A stretch of 39,872 nt of DNA from Octopus bimaculoides. Taxonomy: Eukaryota. Location of the stretch: assembly GCF_001194135.2 (NCBI RefSeq), contig NC_069005.1, positions 6,554,131-6,594,002 on the forward strand, written 5' to 3'. How positions within the stretch are numbered: the stretch's first letter is position 1; each line of letters opens with the position of its first letter. The notes below the pieces were generated by a model. The model did no database searches, was not told where the DNA came from, and saw nothing but the letters and a program-made list of their open reading frames with translations. A program made the translations under genes and the position numbers. This document shows positions 10,116 through 21,765 of the stretch, piece by piece.

Positions 10116-10430
10116 TCATCATCATCATCCTTTAATGCCTGTTTTCCATGCTTGCATGGGTCGGACAGTTTGACAGGAGTTGGCCAGGCTGGAGAGCTAT
10201 CCAGGCTCCATTTGTCTGTCTTGGCATGGTTACTATGGCCGGACATCCTTTCTAATGCCAACTGCTATACAGAGTGCACTGGGTGCTTTTGATGTGGCAC
10301 CGACGCAGGTGCTTTATCCGTGGCATTGGCACGGGTTCTTTCTACATGGCACTGGCATGGGTGTTGTACATGTGGCACTGGCATGGGTGCTGTACATGTG
10401 GCACTGACCCACATGCATTTTATGTGGCAC
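10116..10430 (-). mobile_element. Family C-related copy with about 24-bp internal minisatellite (ATGTGGCACTGGCATGGGTG...)
   Basis: Shared tail; tandem units at 10285-10430. Confidence 0.7.
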
Positions 10431-10859
10431 ATTACATGATCAAAAAGCGATGCCAACACCCATGACTTTTGGAAACATTTTTTTCGTGTTCAGAATTGTT
10501 GAAGAGCATTGAATAAGCTACCAGCATCAGTTGTTAGTTATCAGGACACTACATCCTTAAAAACTTCCATGCTTTCTGAAATTCATCAAAAGTACACCTG
10601 ATGCCCACCAACCTATATTTTGTGTTTTTTTTTTCATAAAATGACTCATTCACTATTCACTTCCTGTGCATAATTCTATGTCCTGGTCATGTACTATCGG
10701 TTACATTTTCTGATGAGCTCTGTATACAATAAGATCATTATTATTTTAACAATGTCCAGCCGATAGAGTCCAGACAAGAATCACCATAGAACAGTTAATT
10801 TAAATCAATTAGTTTTCTCTACTTCAAAACTGAAAACAAAACCATGTTTAATTACTCAC

Positions 10860-11024
10860 CTGAATGATTCATAATTAGTAAAGTTAATTTTCCACTTGGG
10901 TGTAAATGCCTGGCCATCAACCAGAGCAATGGTTCCATCAAATGTACTCACAAGAATATCCATTATGTTATTATTTTGGATGTCCACTATGACAGGTGGA
11001 ACAAAGATCCCTTTTGTCTTACTC
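10860..11024 (-). CDS. FAM234B: FAM234-like exon 8 (SKTKGIFVPPVIVDIQNNNIMDILVSTFDGTIALVDG)
   Basis: tgcag acceptor and AG|gtgagt donor; 165 nt, phase 2-2. Confidence 0.92.
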
Positions 11025-11821
11025 CTGCAGAGACAAGATGGAAATAAAGAACTTGTTACATGTTGTATAGGGGGTGTAGTATTATGGAGGACATAGTTTG
11101 GGGCTTGTCCTCCAGCATATTAATGACTGGGTCACTTGTGTTCTCCTTTTAACTTGGCTACATTAAGATATAAAAGACGCATGTCTTAACCCTTTAGCAT
11201 ACAGATTATTCTGTCAAATGTAATCCTTATTTATACACATTGTTTGGAAATAATTCAAGCATTATCTCGTTGCTTCAAGTTTTCGATAATGTTGATATTT
11301 TATTTTTAGAATGACATTGCAGGACAGATGTGAGAGACTGGATCTGGGCTATTTTTTAATATAAAGAGGGTGCAATATTTGAGCCAGATGCAAACAGTTT
11401 AAGATTTGAATGGCTCTGTCAAAGGGAGGGAGACAAGCAATGCTAATAGCCTTTTCTAGAATCTCTGAAAGTGGTTGTAGTTCTGAGGCAGATAGCAANN
11501 NNNNNNNNNNNNNNNNNNNNNNNNNNNNNNNNNNNNNNNNNNNNNNNNNNNNNNNNNNNNNNNNNNNNNNNNNNNNNNNNNNNNNNNNNNNNNNNNNNNN
11601 NNNNNNNNNNNNNNNNNNNNNNNNNNNNNNNNNNNNNNNNNNNNNNNNNNNNNNNNNNNNNNNNNNNNNNNNNNNNNNNNNNNNNNNNNNNNNNNNNNNN
11701 NNNNNNNNNNNNNNNNNNNNNNNNNNNNNNNNNNNNNNNNNNNNNNNNNNNNNNNNNNNNNNNNNNNNNNNNNNNNNNNNNNNNNNNNNNNNNNNNNNNN
11801 NNNNNNNATTAGGGAACTTAC

Positions 11822-11912
11822 TCATAGATTGCTTTAGCATTTGATAGCTGCTCCACCTTGGGATCCAACAGCTGTTTCTTTAAAACATCCCAATATATCT
11901 GATATAGATGAC
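11822..11912 (-). CDS. FAM234B: FAM234-like exon 7 (GHLYQIYWDVLKKQLLDPKVEQLSNAKAIYE)
   Basis: cacag acceptor and GA|gtaagt donor; 91 nt, phase 1-2, exactly bridging exons 6 and 8. Confidence 0.88.
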
Positions 11913-11959
11913 CTGTGGAAGTAAGAACAACTTAATAGATGTATGGAAATTTTATATAT

Positions 11960-12770
11960 ATCATCATCATCATCATCATACAGACATGGGTTGGACAGTT
12001 TGACCAGGGCTGGCAAGCTGAGCAGAATCCAGTCTGATTTGGCATGGTTTATACAGCTGGATGCCCTTCCTAATGCCAACCACTCTGAGAGTGTAATGGG
12101 TGCTTTTATGTGCCACCAGCACAGGTGCCAATTTGCATGACACCAATATCTGCTACGACTATGGCTTGATGGGTCTTCTTCTCAAGCACAACATAATGCC
12201 AAAGGTCTCGGTCATTCATCATGGCCTCTGTGAGGAACAAAACTCCAATGCTGTTCCTTCACTTCAGCCATTGCAAAAAATCAATGAACAGGGGAGAAGC
12301 ACTACAAAACAAAGACACACCATGTGGTGCGGTTGGCAGACTGATGCCTGAGGGTTGCATCAAGTGGAAGCCTGAACTACAACAGGCTTGTCTCACAGAG
12401 AACGGTTCTAGTTACTTTTGGGTACTCCCTTGTACATGAATATGGTGGCTGTCTGCTTCTTGCACACACACATACTTGGTGGGTTTCTTTCAGTTTCTGC
12501 CTACCTAGTCCACTCACAAGGCTTAGCTACTTATCACCTCTGTGAGGCTCAACCTTTGAAGGGTGCTCTTTATGTGCCACCAGCACAGGTGCCAGTTACA
12601 TGACTCCGGCATCGGCCACAACAACGATTTCACTTGGCTTGTCAAGTCTTTTGAAGTATGGTATATCACCAAAGGTCTTGGTCACTTATCAACCTCTGTG
12701 AGGCCCAGCGTTTGAAGGCTGCTCTTTATGTGCCTGTCATGTGACACTGGCATCAGCCAATCATGCATTA
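11960..12770 (-). mobile_element. Family C-related sequence with about 155-bp internal units repeated
   Basis: Units containing TTTATGTGCCACCAGCACAGGTGCCA...CCAAAGGTCT...CTCTGTGAGG at about 12105, 12570 and 12725. Confidence 0.65.
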
Positions 12771-12779
12771 CCCTTGTAG

Positions 12780-13264
12780 GTTTCAATGGTGTGATTTAAA
12801 AAAATTTTTAGAATGACATTGTAGGGTAGGTGTGAGATGTTGGATCTGGTCAGTTTGAACATAAAACAGTTAATATATTTGGGTTTAATTGTTGGCACTC
12901 CGTCGCTTACGACGTCGAGGGTTCCAGTTGATCCGATCAACGGAACAGCCTGCTCATGAAATTAACGTGCAAGTGGCTGAGCACTCCACAGATACGTGTA
13001 CCCTTAACGTAGTTCTCGGGGATATTCAGCGTGACACAGTGTGACAAGGCTGACCCTTTGAATTACAGGCACAACAGAAACAGGAAGTAAGAGTGAGAGA
13101 AAGTTGTGGTGAAAGAGTACAGCAGGGTTCGCCACCATCCCCTGCCGAAGCCTAATGGGAATCGAAACCGCGATCCTATGACTGCGAGTCCGCTGCCCTA
13201 ACCACTGGGCCATTGCGCCTCCACTTGGGTTTGATATGGCTGGATTAAATGCTGAAGGGTTTAA
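12780..13264 (+). mobile_element. piggyBac-type MITE family F (TTAA-CCCTTTAGCAT termini), split by SINE B
   Basis: Other copies at about 5185-5343, 11187-11360, 15008-15063, 28170-28280, 28579-29030 and 32757-32833. Confidence 0.75.
12887..13224 (-). mobile_element. SINE family B with internal deletion, inserted in a family F MITE; TSD TTGGGTTT
   Basis: TSD at 12879-12886 and 13225-13232; F sequence on both sides. Confidence 0.9.
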
Positions 13265-13311
13265 TCTGGCACTAAACTGTACAAAAAGAGAATTGGAAAG
13301 CCTGGACTTAC

Positions 13312-13486
13312 CTGGTGAAGACAACTGACCACTGGTGAACAGGACAGTGAGCTTGTTATTTGATGACTTGTAGAGGACAGGGTTTCTATAGACGCCTGCT
13401 TTCGTAATGGAAATATTGACAAAAGTGCCTACAGCTTGTCCTGTAGCCCCAGAAAACAGCAGGAAACGACCAGAGTTGTCAGGGGG
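13312..13486 (-). CDS. FAM234B: FAM234-like exon 6 (PPDNSGRFLLFSGATGQAVG...VLFTSG)
   Basis: tgcag acceptor and G|gtaagt donor; 175 nt, phase 0-1. Confidence 0.9.
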
Positions 13487-13794
13487 CTGCAATAAGAAAG
13501 ATAATAGATATACATTATCATCATCAACATTAGGATCATGCCAGGTACATTTAACGACCCCTATTTAGCTCTGAATTATGCCAATGAGAGATAAGTGTCA
13601 CTTGTATTCTGGAGAGAATATCAGTCCTATATCAAGATAATTTCTTTTCAGAGTAATTTTAATGCCTCATCTACTGAATCTAAGAAACCTGAGGCAATGA
13701 TGAGAATTGTAAATGTTGCCTGGAAGCACAACAAAACTCACAGACCATGATTGATGCTTTAAAAGATCAAATATGTCTCCTAGTAACTCATTAA

Positions 13795-14015
13795 CCCTTT
13801 TGTTACCAACCTGGCTGAAACCGGCTCTGGCTCTGAGTACAAGTGTCTTGTTTTCATTAGTTTTGAATTAAAATCTTCCACCAAACCTTAGTCACAATTA
13901 ATGTTCCTAACACTAGCTTAATGATAACTAAGTTATTTTACTAAATTCTTTGTTATATTTAAAATTAATTGAAAGAAATACAGAGCATCTCAAAATAAAT
14001 ACAGTAACGAAAGGG
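13795..14015. mobile_element. piggyBac-type MITE, 221 bp, TTAA TSD, TIR CCCTTTTGTTAC / GTAACGAAAGGG
   Basis: TTAA at 13791-13794 and 14016-14019; 12-bp TIR with 1 mismatch. Confidence 0.88.
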
Positions 14016-14172
14016 TTAAAAATGAACAAAATTAAATACAAGAAATTAATTAAAAAATGAATTAACTTTAATGTAACAACAAAAGTTACATAGTAACAAT
14101 CAAAAGCACCATACTGTCTCTATAGCACCAAGAAAAGTCGTGGTTAGTTTCCATAGTAACGAAAACACTTAC

Positions 14173-14318
14173 GTATTTGTCTCCATAGTAACAACATCCA
14201 GCATGTAAAATGAGGACATCATCTACATTGTCGTGGTCAACATCAGGTACCACAAGAGCCTGGTAGATATTCCAGTGGTCAATCAGGTATGTACTATTTG
14301 CTGACCATATCACAAAAC
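14173..14318 (-). CDS. FAM234B: FAM234-like exon 5 (FVIWSAN...WNIYQALVVPDVDHDNVDDVLILHAG)
   Basis: gaag acceptor and TAC|gtaagt donor; 146 nt, phase 1-0. Confidence 0.9.
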
Positions 14319-14606
14319 CTTCACAACAAAAATTGAAATAAATACACACAAATTACTTTTTCTTCATCAATGATAAAACAACAACATTTAGTCAACCTAA
14401 TCGTTCAGAATTTACATTTCTATATTGCTGAGGACAACATGCTGCCTACAGGTTTCAACATCAAAGCCCTACTGTACTTAAAATGACTCTTTCAAAGGTC
14501 TGTGATAGCTGTTGCTAGTGGTGATGGTAATAACAGTTGTCCAGTCTCAGACCAGGCCTTATTGACAAGACTAATTATCAAAGATATTCTAGCTACGACC
14601 ATACAT

Positions 14607-15010
14607 GGCACAGGAGTGGCTGTGTGGTAAGTAGCTTGCTTACCAACCACATAGTTCCGGGTTCATTCCCACTGCATGGCACCTTGGGCAAGTGTCTTCT
14701 ACTATAGCCTCGGGCCGACCAAAGCCTTGTGAGTGGATTTGGTAGACGGAAACTGAAAGAAGCCCGTCGTATATATGTATATATATGTATGTGTGTATAT
14801 GTTTGTGTGTCTGTGTTTGTCCCTCCAACATCGCTTGACAAGCGAGGCTGGTGTGTTTACGTCCCCGTAACTTAGCGGTTCGGCAAAAAGAGACCGATAG
14901 AATAAGTACTAGGCTTCCAAAGAATAAGTCCTGGGGTCGATTTGCTCGACTAAGAAGCAGTGCCCCACGATGGCCGCAGTCAAATGACTGAAACAAGTAA
15001 AAGAGTAAAT
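14607..15010 (+). mobile_element. SINE family A, full length
   Basis: Head GGAGTGGCTGTGTGGTAAG, CORE-like box, tail ...AAACAAGTAAAAGAGTAAA. Confidence 0.9.
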
Positions 15011-15091
15011 AAGCATTACATTTGGCAGAGTAATCTGGAAGCTGAAGAGTTAAACAATGTTAAGAGTCCATGCATAGATGGTAGGGCTTAC

Positions 15092-15283
15092 CTTTACGAG
15101 GATCAATGGCTTGTAGAGTGGCATGATAGCCACTGATCAAGCAGTCGTGCTTACCATCCTGGTTAGCATCCAGTTGGTCACAGTGTATGTAGAGGATACT
15201 TGATTTGGTGGAGTGTTTCCACAACTGTTTGCCATCACAGCCACGTATGGCAAGAAGTTGACCGGTAGGTGGGCTGGAAAGTC
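15092..15283 (-). CDS. FAM234B: FAM234-like exon 4 (GQLLAIRGCDGKQLWK...DANQDGKHDCLISG)
   Basis: gtcag acceptor and G|gtaagc donor; 192 nt, phase 1-1; propeller blade motifs. Confidence 0.92.
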
Positions 15284-15383
15284 CTGACAAAATGAAAGAA
15301 GACATTATGCTGGCTTCCTCATCACAAAGCTGTGATAGAAGACCCTAACTAATGTGAAGGGCCATGGTGAGGGAATATTGTTG

Positions 15384-15477
15384 TTATTCAGGTCACTGCC
15401 TGGAATCAAACTCGGAATCTTGGGTTAAGAGCGTGGGCTACTAACCCCAAGATTCCGAGTTCGATTCCAGGCAGTGA

Positions 15478-15508
<31 letters not shown>

Positions 15509-15868
15509 CATAATATAACATCAAAAAATACCCTAAGAATGAGAACCCTGGTTCGAAATTTCCCCAAGACACCTGATGAAGGCTGGAGGATATATCAGCC
15601 GAAACATTTGTGTTAACAACAAACAAGATCATCGTTCATCGTTTAACGTCCGCCTTCCATGCTAGCATGAGTTGGATGATTTGACTGAGGACTGGTGAAA
15701 CCGGATGGCAACACCAGGCTCCAATCTGATTTGGCAGCTGGATGCCCTTCCTAACGCCAACCACTCAGAGAGTGTAGTGGGTGCTTTTACATGTCAAAAT
15801 GGTGTATTTTATGGCGGACAAATATCCCTCAAATGTAAATAATTCCTCATCTCTTAAATATAGAACTG
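15384..15868 (+). mobile_element. Second family D copy with inverted 5' head, interrupted by a family C insertion at about 15630-15807
   Basis: Head, (TAA)n and tail match 215-490. Inverted repeat 15384-15427 / 15442-15486. The tail resumes at about 15808 (ggacaaatatccctcaaatg...tatagaactg). Confidence 0.8.
15568..15614 (+). ncRNA. Degenerate hammerhead motif (CUGAUGA, intact stem II, GAAA; stem III and cleavage site mutated)
   Basis: gacac CTGATGA a ggctg...cagcc GAAA catttgtgtt. Confidence 0.55.
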
Positions 15869-16086
15869 CATTAAAGAAATTTAACACTAGAAGTACTGAA
15901 CAGTCATTTATGACTACTTTTGCTTTTTACTTTTTAATTTCTATGACTGTATTGAATGTGCAATCAAGAGTATCATGTCATATATATGTGTGTATATATT
16001 TTTTGGTACACAAATAAATGCTAAAAGGCTGTATTTTCAAATCCTTTATTTACTGCATTAGCTTATATTTAAAATAAATTGCATTA

Positions 16087-16235
16087 GGCGTAGGAGTGGC
16101 TGTGTGGTAAGTAGCTTGCTTACCAACCACATGGTTCCGGGTTCAGTCCCACTGCGTGGCACCTTGGGCAAGTGTCTTTTATTATAGCCTCGGGCTGACC
16201 AAAGCCTTGTGAGTGGATTTGGTAGACAGAAACTG

Positions 16236-16277
<42 letters not shown>

Positions 16278-16480
16278 GTGTGTGTGTCTGTGTTTGTCCC
16301 CCTACCATCGCTTGACAACCGATGCTAGTGTGTTTACGTCCCCGTAACTTAGCGGTTCGGCAAAAAGAGACCGATAGAATAAGTACTAGGCTTACAAAGA
16401 ATAAGTCCTGGGGTCGATTTTCTCGACTAAAGGCGGTGCTTCAGCATGGCCGCAGTCAAATGACTGAAACAAGTAAAAGG
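16087..16480 (+). mobile_element. SINE family A, full length
   Basis: Highly similar to 14607-15010. Confidence 0.9.
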
Positions 16481-16548
16481 GTAATGTTGGTCAAAAATGA
16501 CCGCTATGGTCCTTGTAGGAAGTTGTTATATAAGGTTTCAAATCTCAC

Positions 16549-16701
16549 CTGTATCATTACAGAATTCATTTACTGGCTGTTGGTCATCTGTGTCCATGCT
16601 GGAGTGATAATGATGGTAGTAATCTGGTGCGGCCAAACTAAGGAGAATGTCCAGTTGGCCATCATTGTCCATATCAAGTAGCCGGATGCAAGAATCACTG
16701 A
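16549..16701 (-). CDS. FAM234B: FAM234-like exon 3 (SDSCIRLLDMDNDGQLDILL...)
   Basis: ccag acceptor and G|gtgaga donor; 153 nt, phase 1-1; FG-GAP-like DxDxDG motif. Confidence 0.9.
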
Positions 16702-17319
16702 CTGGTTAAAATAATGAGTACACAAGAATGACCAGTGGTTAATTGGGTGGAGTGGAAGAAACAATACATAGCAAAATGACCAGTGAAGTTAAGAGGCATG
16801 TTAAGAGGCCACTAAATTAAGATACTTGGGAATAATGAAAGGTAAGGTGAATAACCTAAATGATACATAAAAAATGACCATTGGTCAATGAAGGCCTCAA
16901 CAGGCAAGTATATCAGTGGTCAGTATATAATTACAATGGCCAAAATATTGTTGAAGAAAGGAATGGAGAATCAGTGGCTAGATGTAGCAATAAATGTACA
17001 CAAGTGGTCAATGTTTGATTAAGATAATGGATAACGCTTTAGAGATCACGAGATGATGATACAGTGAGGACTAGTGGTCAGTCTAAGACTGATTATTTTG
17101 ACAAGGGGAAATATAGTGTCTTGAGAAAGAGGCCTCAACACAAAGACACGATGTATTGTTGAAATGGTAACAAACTCTGTTACCAAGATGGGTTTCAAAG
17201 AACGTCAACGGTTCACTATCATAACGATGTGACGGCTTGAATTCACAGCAACAGGTTGCCTTGACAAGTAGGGATAGCTCACTGTTTCAACTGGACTGCC
17301 ACACTGTGGCTTGACAGTA

Positions 17320-17870
17320 TTGTGACACAGTGTATCGACATGACTGTAACACAATGCATCAAGATGAGTGTAACACAGTGTATCACCATGATTATGACAA
17401 TGTGTTGACATGGCTGTAACACAATGTATCACCATGACTAACACAATAAACATGACTGTGACACAGTGTATTGACATGATTGTAACACAATGTATCACCA
17501 TGACTGTAACAATGTATTGACATAACTGTGGCACAAGTACCATGACTAAAACAATGTATCACCATAAACTGTGACAATGTATCGACATAACTGTGACACA
17601 ATGTATCATCATGAGTGTGACACAATATATCAACATGACTGTGGCACAATTAATATGACTGTCACACAATGTATTGACATGACTGTGACACATATATTAA
17701 CACAACTGTGACAGTGTATCAACATAACTGTGGCACAATGTATCACCATAACTGACACAATATATCAACATGACTGTGACACATTGTATGAACGTAAGTG
17801 TGACACAATGAATATGACTGTAACAAGATACTGATATGAGTGTGACAATATATCCAAAATCATCATTGAC
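17320..17870. repeat. Degenerate minisatellite, about 24-bp unit TGTATCAACATGACTGTGACACAA, roughly 20 copies
   Basis: Visible periodicity; located just 3' of exon 2. Confidence 0.9.
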
Positions 17871-17925
17871 ACAATATCTAAAAAAACATATCTGAAAGAC
17901 AAAGGTATGTTTAAAATGTCCTTAC

Positions 17926-18294
17926 CATTGTTGCCGAAACTCAAATTCCACTCATTTGACAATGTCTGGCAGGGAGAATGCTGGGAGGAATTTTTATAAT
18001 GCAAGACGGCAACGACAAAAACGGTGATGGCGAGGATTACAAATAAGATTATCACCACATTTTTTATGATACGACAGCATGATGAATGACCAGCTCGGTT
18101 GGGGTCACGCCGCTTCAACTTGCTGCCCGGTAAATTGTCCAACTCTATGACATTTTTACTGAACTTCTTAACACCGTTCCGAGAAGCCGGAGTGATGTTC
18201 AGGTCTTTGTTGAAAATGATTTGATCTTCACTGTCATCGTCATCACTGATGTTTTGTTGTAAGGGTGAATAGACGACATTGTCACGATTGATTA
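17926..18294 (-). CDS. FAM234B: FAM234-like exon 2: cytosolic tail (YSPL, acidic SDDDDSED) and type II TM helix VVIILFVILAITVFVVAVL
   Basis: ttgcag acceptor and G|gtaagg donor; 369 nt, phase 1-1. VVYSPLQQNISDDDDSEDQII resembles the vertebrate FAM234B N-terminal EYDPLTQADSDESEDD motif (recalled, not searched). Confidence 0.88.
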
Positions 18295-18807
18295 CTGCAA
18301 AGACAAAACACAAAAAATCTAAAAATGTCCATAACAAAAACTGAAATATTGGCCTATCATTAGGCCAATATTTTTTACGGTAATCTTCCAGTTTCGAGGG
18401 GCTAAATAAATTACAAGGGAAATAACTGAACGTCTTACCAGTATTATCCGTACTACTTTGTTTATAAATAAATCGCGTGATTTGATTGACGTTAACTGCT
18501 TATATATAAATCACACACGTGATTGAATATCATAGTTTCTTATGAGAAATCGAAAATGCCTCGTGGAAGACCGGCTGCACAACATCTAACCCGAACCCTA
18601 ACCCTAAACTTTTATATTAAAAAAATTCCGTCGCATGCTGTTTGTAAAAAGAAAAAAACATTTTAAANNNNNNNNNNNNNNNNNNNNNNNNNNNNNNNNN
18701 NNNNNNNNNNNNNNNNNNNNNNNNNNNNNNNNNNNNNNNNNNNNNNNNNNNNNNNNNNNNNNNNNNNNNNNNNNNNNNNNNNNNNNNNNNNNNNNNNNNN
18801 NNNNNNN

Positions 18808-19440
18808 AGAATAAGTACCAGGCTTATAAAAAGTAAGTACTGGGGTCGATATATTCGATTAAAATTCTTCAAGGCGGTGTCCCATTATGACCGCAGTCAA
18901 ATGACTGAAACAAGTAAAAGATAAAAGATAATCTACGGGGGAATTATTAAATTTGCCATGTCCGTATGTCTACTAGATAGGTTTAGATATATTATATATA
19001 AATCAAATATTACGCACTTTGTGTTTTCATGGAATAAATTGCATTGCATGAAACAACTTCATGGTACGAAAAAAAAAAAAAAAAGATCGCTGCCCCGCAA
19101 TGATCAAGGGAAGCAACTTTGTAAATCATAAACTATTCACTAAGTGGTTATCTTCCCTTTATGTCGGTAGTTTCGAATTTGATTTTCACTACTGATATCC
19201 TTTTATTTAAATGAAAATTTTCACGGGCCTTAAGCTTTTAAAAGCGAGGTATATTCATCAGCTAATTATATTAACTAATAACAAGGCCGTTTTCTCACTT
19301 TCATCTCTTACCTGATAACTCATTAATAATCATATTTAATCACTGTGTGGCATTTTGGGCAAGTGTTTTCTGCTAGAGCCCCAGGCTGACCAAAACCTTA
19401 TGAGTGGATTTCGAAGACAAACTGAAAGAAGCCCGTCATG
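18808..19440 (+). mobile_element. Two SINE family A fragments (about 18808-18926, 3' end; about 19341-19440, middle)
   Basis: Similarity to family A. Confidence 0.65.
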
Positions 19441-20671
19441 TGAGTGTGTGTGTGTGTGTCTGTGTATCACACACACACATATATTCTATCGTTCACACTC
19501 ACACACACATATTCTATCATTCACACTCACACACATTTCATCACACACACTTATATATTCTATCATTCACACTCACACATATTCAGTCATTCACTCACAA
19601 ATTCTCCCACCCACCCCCTCTCTATCTATCTATCTATCTATCTATCTCAGTAGACACATTTTAAAAGGGTAATACAAAGAACATTCAATGAGAAAGAAAG
19701 AAAGGAGAAAATGGTGTGAAAGGCCCCAGAGCAGAGCATAATAAGATTCTTGAAGGAAAATGTGAGTTTGGGGCCAAGCAGAAGTTTTCACACCGTTCCT
19801 TGATCTTTAGAATTAGCAGCAGAATTACTCTCAGTCTATCCCTTATCACGAAGGCATATCTGGAAAAGGCAATCTAGGATACATTGTCTGAAACTATGAT
19901 GAGATGGTCATGGCTGGAATGCTTAGACCATACTGGAGCACTGGTACTAAACACGAACAATTATAGGGACCATAAAACAAGGGAAAGCCTCTACTATGAG
20001 CAACCCCACAAACAGAGGGATCACTTTGACTGAAATAAAGTGTGGTTGATCAGAGCTGGCCTGGAGTCAAACATCAACAACAATGTGACCACTGCTGTTT
20101 TCTTTTGTTAACTTGTTACTCTCATTGTGAAATAGCTCAAACATTAGTCACACTATGCTACAATTATTACTTGTTAAACTACTACTACCACTACTACTAC
20201 TACTACTACTTAGTGTCCTATTATAACTACATTTTCAAGTACCTGGCTATTAAGTATCGAGTGAAGATATTCATTGTTAATACAAAATACAGGCCTACTT
20301 CATTATTCTGGTCACATATATATACACTTGAATATAAACCATTATCACAGTTAATCTGTCTACATGGTTGTTCAACCTGCTAGATATAACAGCCAAATCT
20401 TCATCGTATCACATGCTAGTGTCTGAGTACAGGGGTTCTCAGTCTGGAGTAAAAGTAGTAGAGTTCCTTCCCGAGTCATATAGAGTTGTGGGGCTGGTTT
20501 CAAATGGAACAAAAAACAAAGTTGGCTACAGTTGAATTTGAACTCAGAATGAAAAGAATTAGAACAAATACTGCAAAGCAACTTTACCAGTGCTCTAATG
20601 ACATTGTGTGTAGTTCAAAGTTTTGCAATATTTTGGCAAATTATTTGTTTAATTCATAAAGTTTGAACAAA

Positions 20672-20900
20672 GGCAGCCTAGCATTCAAAGTAGAGACCAT
20701 CATGTCATGCTGTCTGAAGCCACCGTTCTGGCAGTTCTTTGACCTCACACTGGTACCAATTCTCGTCCTCTGAGGTGAGGAACTTCTTCACTGAAGTTTC
20801 CACCTCCTGTTCATTGACGAAGCATCACGATTGCCGGAAGTGAGCCCTGGATCAAAACAAATAATAATCCAAGGAAGATATTTTCCCATAATCCTAATAT
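20672..20900 (-). pseudogene. Decayed mariner transposase C-terminal fragment (ISSLDYYLF...EQEVETSVKKFLTSEDENWY...KELPERWLQT...DGLYFEC)
   Basis: Hand translation; in-frame stops. Confidence 0.75.
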
Positions 20901-20974
20901 GCAAGGCCAGCTTCCAGAACCTGTTGCCAAACATGGGCATTTTGAACACAAGGGGATAATTCACAATGAGTTTT

Positions 20975-21348
20975 GTTTCAGATGGTTAAACCAGCAACGC
21001 CAACCTATATGCTGAACAACTGGAACAGATGTATGTCATTGTGCAACGAAAATACTCAACATTGGTTAACAGAAATCAAACTCTTCCACAAGACAATGCA
21101 CAACCCCATACGACCGAGAATAAACTCCAGGAATTTGAGGGAAATAAAGCATATAGTCTGGACATATCTTCCTTGGATTACTACTTGTTCCTGTGCTCCC
21201 TGATGCTTCATCAATCAAGAAAAGGTGGAAGTTTCAGTGAGGGAGTTCTTCACCTCAAAGGACGAGAACTGCTATCATCATGGGATCAAAGAACTGGCTC
21301 CAGACGGTCCCACATGATGGCCTCTACTTTGAATGCTTGGCTGCTTTT
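20975..21348 (+). pseudogene. Decayed mariner transposase fragment (LVNRNQTLPQDNAQPHT...YSLDISSLDYYLF)
   Basis: Matches mariner HDNARPH and YSPDLAPSDYHLF motifs; frameshifts. Confidence 0.8.
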
Positions 21349-21364
21349 GTTGTAGAAAGACAGT

Positions 21365-21765
21365 TACTCTTTACTCTTTTACTTGTTTCAGTCATTTGAC
21401 TGCGGCCATGATGGAGCACCGCCTTTAGTCGAGCTAATCAGCCCCAGGACTTATTCTTTGTAAGCCTAGTACTTATTCTATCGGTCATTTTTTGCCAAAC
21501 CGTTAAGTTACAGGGACGTAAACACACCACCATCGGTCGTCAAGCGATGGTGGGGAGACAAACACAGACACACATACATATATATATATATATACATATA
21601 TACGACGGGCTTCTTTCAGTTTCCGTCTACCAAATCCACTCACAAGGCTTTGGTCGGCCCGAGGCTATAGTAGAAGACACTTGCCCAAGGTGCCACGCAG
21701 TGAGACTGAACCCGGAACCATGTGGTTGGTAAGCAAGCTACTTACCACACAGCCACTCCTGCTCC
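21365..21765 (-). mobile_element. SINE family A, full length
   Basis: Reverse complement of family A. Confidence 0.9.

Noticed and set aside
14593-16681. Recurring ORFs such as MSSDVGGTNTDT..., ...CPRCHAVGLNPEPCGW and MVANPAVLFHHNF...
   Set aside because: They are translations of SINE A and B copies repeated throughout the window, not genes; the CxxC motifs are incidental.
17320-17870. Regularly spaced repeats resembling a CRISPR array
   Set aside because: Degenerate head-to-tail units with no unique spacers, in a eukaryotic intron.
18439-18520. Strong GTAAGA donor at 18438 as an alternative first coding exon
   Set aside because: The upstream frame reaches a stop with no ATG; at most a noncoding exon, and unsupported.
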